Shown: piece after piece, positions 62,208 through 64,000 of the stretch | How positions within the stretch are numbered: the first letter of the stretch is position 1 | How the letters are laid out: each line of letters begins with the position of its first letter | Origin: a virus | Lineage: Duplodnaviria; Heunggongvirae; Uroviricota; Caudoviricetes | DNA length: 64,000 nt | Strand: one strand, 5' to 3' | IMG/VR virus record: IMGVR_UViG_3300006141_000002 | Made by a program: the position numbers and the translations under genes | Notes under the pieces: generated by a model | Database searches by the model: none | What the model saw: the letters and a program-made list of their open reading frames with translations, nothing else | Told to the model about the DNA's origin: nothing

Positions 62208-63803
62208 ATGAAATTGAGACTGACAAAAGCTGGGCGTGTTGTTATCTTCGTCCTGATCGTTGCCATCCTTGGGACGGCCGGGTTCTTCGGGTATCAATAC
62301 CTCTCTGAGCGCGACCCCGGATTGTTCGGCACGTCACAGTCAGACAACACCAACACGCCGAAGCCGAGCACAACGCAGACGCCTGGCGTTTCCACTGCTC
62401 CCAATCAAACAACGCCAGTACATACGGGCACCGGCGACGCGACAATCAACCTCTCCTTGGACGAGTGGATTGGTTGGAAGCCGATTATTGACGCTAACGG
62501 CGGCTTGACAACAAAGTCAGGTTCAATTTTTGACAATCTGGGTATTAAGGTCAACATCAACATCATCAATGACGCTGATTCTTCCAGCAACGCGCTGATC
62601 AAGGGCGACCTGAATGCCGCCGGCTATACTATAAATCGTGTCGCATTCCTGTCCGGCAAGTTCAAGGAGGCTGGTCTGGATGTTGTGATGCCAGTTTTCA
62701 CCAACTATTCAGATGGCGGTGATGGCATCATTGCTCTGAATGGTATTAACTCCATTGAGGATCTGGCCAACGCTAAGGTTGGCGTACCGAAGTTCAGCGA
62801 GGCGCAGACACTGGTTGTGTGGTTTGTCAATAAGTCCGATCTGCCTGACACCACAAAGCAGGAGATCATCAAGAATATGATTCTGATGGACGATGCCGAG
62901 GCCACCGGTCAGGCGTTCTTTGCAGGCAAGCTGGATGTGGCCGCGACCTGGCAGCCGTTCCTGTCAAACGCGGCGGACAGCACCAATTCTCATATCCTGT
63001 TCTCCACAGCCTCCTCCAACAAGCTGATTATGGATGGCATTGTGTTTAGAAGCGATTTCGCTGAAGCGCATCCTGACGTCGTTTCCAAGTTCGCAGATGG
63101 TATCTTCCAAGCGGCGGATACCATGTATACCACAGAATTTGACTATATCCGCAGCGTTATGCCCATGTTTGCGGACGCTTCTGACGAGGATATTCTCTCC
63201 CAGTGTGGCGATGCCGGTATGATGGGATACGCAGATAACATTGCTTCTCTGGAGAATGATTGCCCCGTGATTTATTCGGATATGTGCGACATCTGGGAGA
63301 GTATTGGCGAAAGTGTGGATCGCAACCTCGGCGCGACTTTGTTTGATATGAGCTATGTAAAGGCTCTGTCTGACCACTATACGCAGACTACCACCAAGGT
63401 TGTTTCTGAGATTACTCAGGAGCAGCGTGATATTGCAAAGGAGACAGCCGCATTGCTCTCCAAGAGCGCAACGGTCAACTTCGTTGCCGATACCGCAAAG
63501 TTCCTGGATACGGCGGAGACTGATTCCATTCTCCATGAATTCGTTGAGATCGCAAACACCTTGGATGGGACGATTATTCAGATTGAAGGCAATATCAACT
63601 CTGTGAACAACACAGAGGGCGGCATTAAGCTCTCTGAGGAACGTGCAAAGACCGTGAAGAATTATCTTGTTGCCAACGGAATTGATGCTAATCGCATCAT
63701 TGTAGTCGGCAATGGTAACTCCAACATGGTCGCTGACCCGCATGGTCCCGATGCAGAGCAGAACCGCAGAACCGATATCTTCTTCAAGACAATCGAAAGT
63801 TGA
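62208..63803 (+). CDS. ABC substrate-binding protein (NMT1/SsuA-like) fused to C-terminal OmpA-like domain
   Basis: N-terminal TM anchor, SBP-sized middle, C-terminal LSEERAKTVKNYLVANGIDANRIIVVGNGNS...NRRTDIFF OmpA-C motif. Confidence 0.5.
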   Translation: MKLRLTKAGRVVIFVLIVAILGTAGFFGYQYLSERDPGLFGTSQSDNTNTPKPSTTQTPGVSTAPNQTTPVHTGTGDATINLSLDEWIGWKPIIDANGGLTTKSGSIFDNLGIKVNINIINDADSSSNALIKGDLNAAGYTINRVAFLSGKFKEAGLDVVMPVFTNYSDGGDGIIALNGINSIEDLANAKVGVPKFSEAQTLVVWFVNKSDLPDTTKQEIIKNMILMDDAEATGQAFFAGKLDVAATWQPFLSNAADSTNSHILFSTASSNKLIMDGIVFRSDFAEAHPDVVSKFADGIFQAADTMYTTEFDYIRSVMPMFADASDEDILSQCGDAGMMGYADNIASLENDCPVIYSDMCDIWESIGESVDRNLGATLFDMSYVKALSDHYTQTTTKVVSEITQEQRDIAKETAALLSKSATVNFVADTAKFLDTAETDSILHEFVEIANTLDGTIIQIEGNINSVNNTEGGIKLSEERAKTVKNYLVANGIDANRIIVVGNGNSNMVADPHGPDAEQNRRTDIFFKTIES

Positions 63804-63813
63804 TCCAGCGCAA

Positions 63814-63845
63814 CGGGGCGGGCGTAAGCCCGCCCTTTTGTATTG
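63814..63845 (+). terminator. rho-independent terminator
   Basis: GGGGCGGGCGUAAGCCCGCCC then UUUUGUAUU. Confidence 0.55.
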
Positions 63846-63872
63846 CGCGCCTATGTTGAAGGTGGTGAAAGA

Positions 63873-64000
63873 ATGGTCACAGCAAAACTCGTATGGCCTG
63901 ACAATGGCAGTAAGTTTGATGTCGAAAAGGTAAAAGAGAGCGGGATGGTCGTTGGCTGTGAATATCCTGTGGATACGATTTCCATGGGTCAATCGCATAC
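63873..64000 (+). CDS. hypothetical protein (5' partial in window)
   Basis: RBS GAAGGTGGTGA then ATG; runs off window end. Confidence 0.3.
   Translation, partial: MVTAKLVWPDNGSKFDVEKVKESGMVVGCEYPVDTISMGQSH

Noticed and set aside
58866-63998. minus-strand ORFs 58866-60248, 61473-62297 and 62964-63998
   Set aside because: They run antisense to the ABC transporter, PspA-like and SBP genes, which carry recognisable motifs.

Overview
The window reads as one large temperate phage or prophage, probably from a Firmicutes-type host (GGAGG-type ribosome-binding sites throughout).

Positions 1-22.8 kb are minus-strand phage modules. They include tail/head-completion proteins, a major capsid protein, a protease-scaffold, a portal and a large terminase. 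They are followed by an HU protein, a tRNA-Met, a metallophosphoesterase, a 918-aa protein with a DxDGD motif, a P-loop NTPase and a tyrosine integrase.

Positions 22.8-23.3 kb form a divergent control region with a consensus sigma-70 promoter, a 13-bp perfect inverted repeat and repeated promoter-like motifs.

Positions 23.3-64 kb are an unbroken run of plus-strand genes, mostly small accessory ORFs. Interspersed are at least 12 tRNAs, a tmRNA, a PTH2 peptidyl-tRNA hydrolase, two radical SAM enzymes and an SPFH/NfeD pair. The run also carries a retron-like reverse transcriptase with structured flanks and a NAD+ reconstitution cluster (PncA, Prs-like, NAMPT, macro domain, NadE). The last kilobases hold an ABC transporter with an OmpA-fused binding protein.

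The most notable element is an E2-like / JAB(JAMM) / E1(ThiF) ubiquitin-like conjugation operon at 37.7-40.8 kb. It sits next to a family of small proteins that share a C-terminal [DE]xSF..LGG-like tail. Several of these tails end in or next to Gly-Gly, and 8-9-nt poly-G tracts sit exactly at those gene junctions.

Several repeat families with covarying hairpins are present. They suggest structured RNAs or conserved phage promoters.

All calls rest on motif recognition by eye; no database searches were run.
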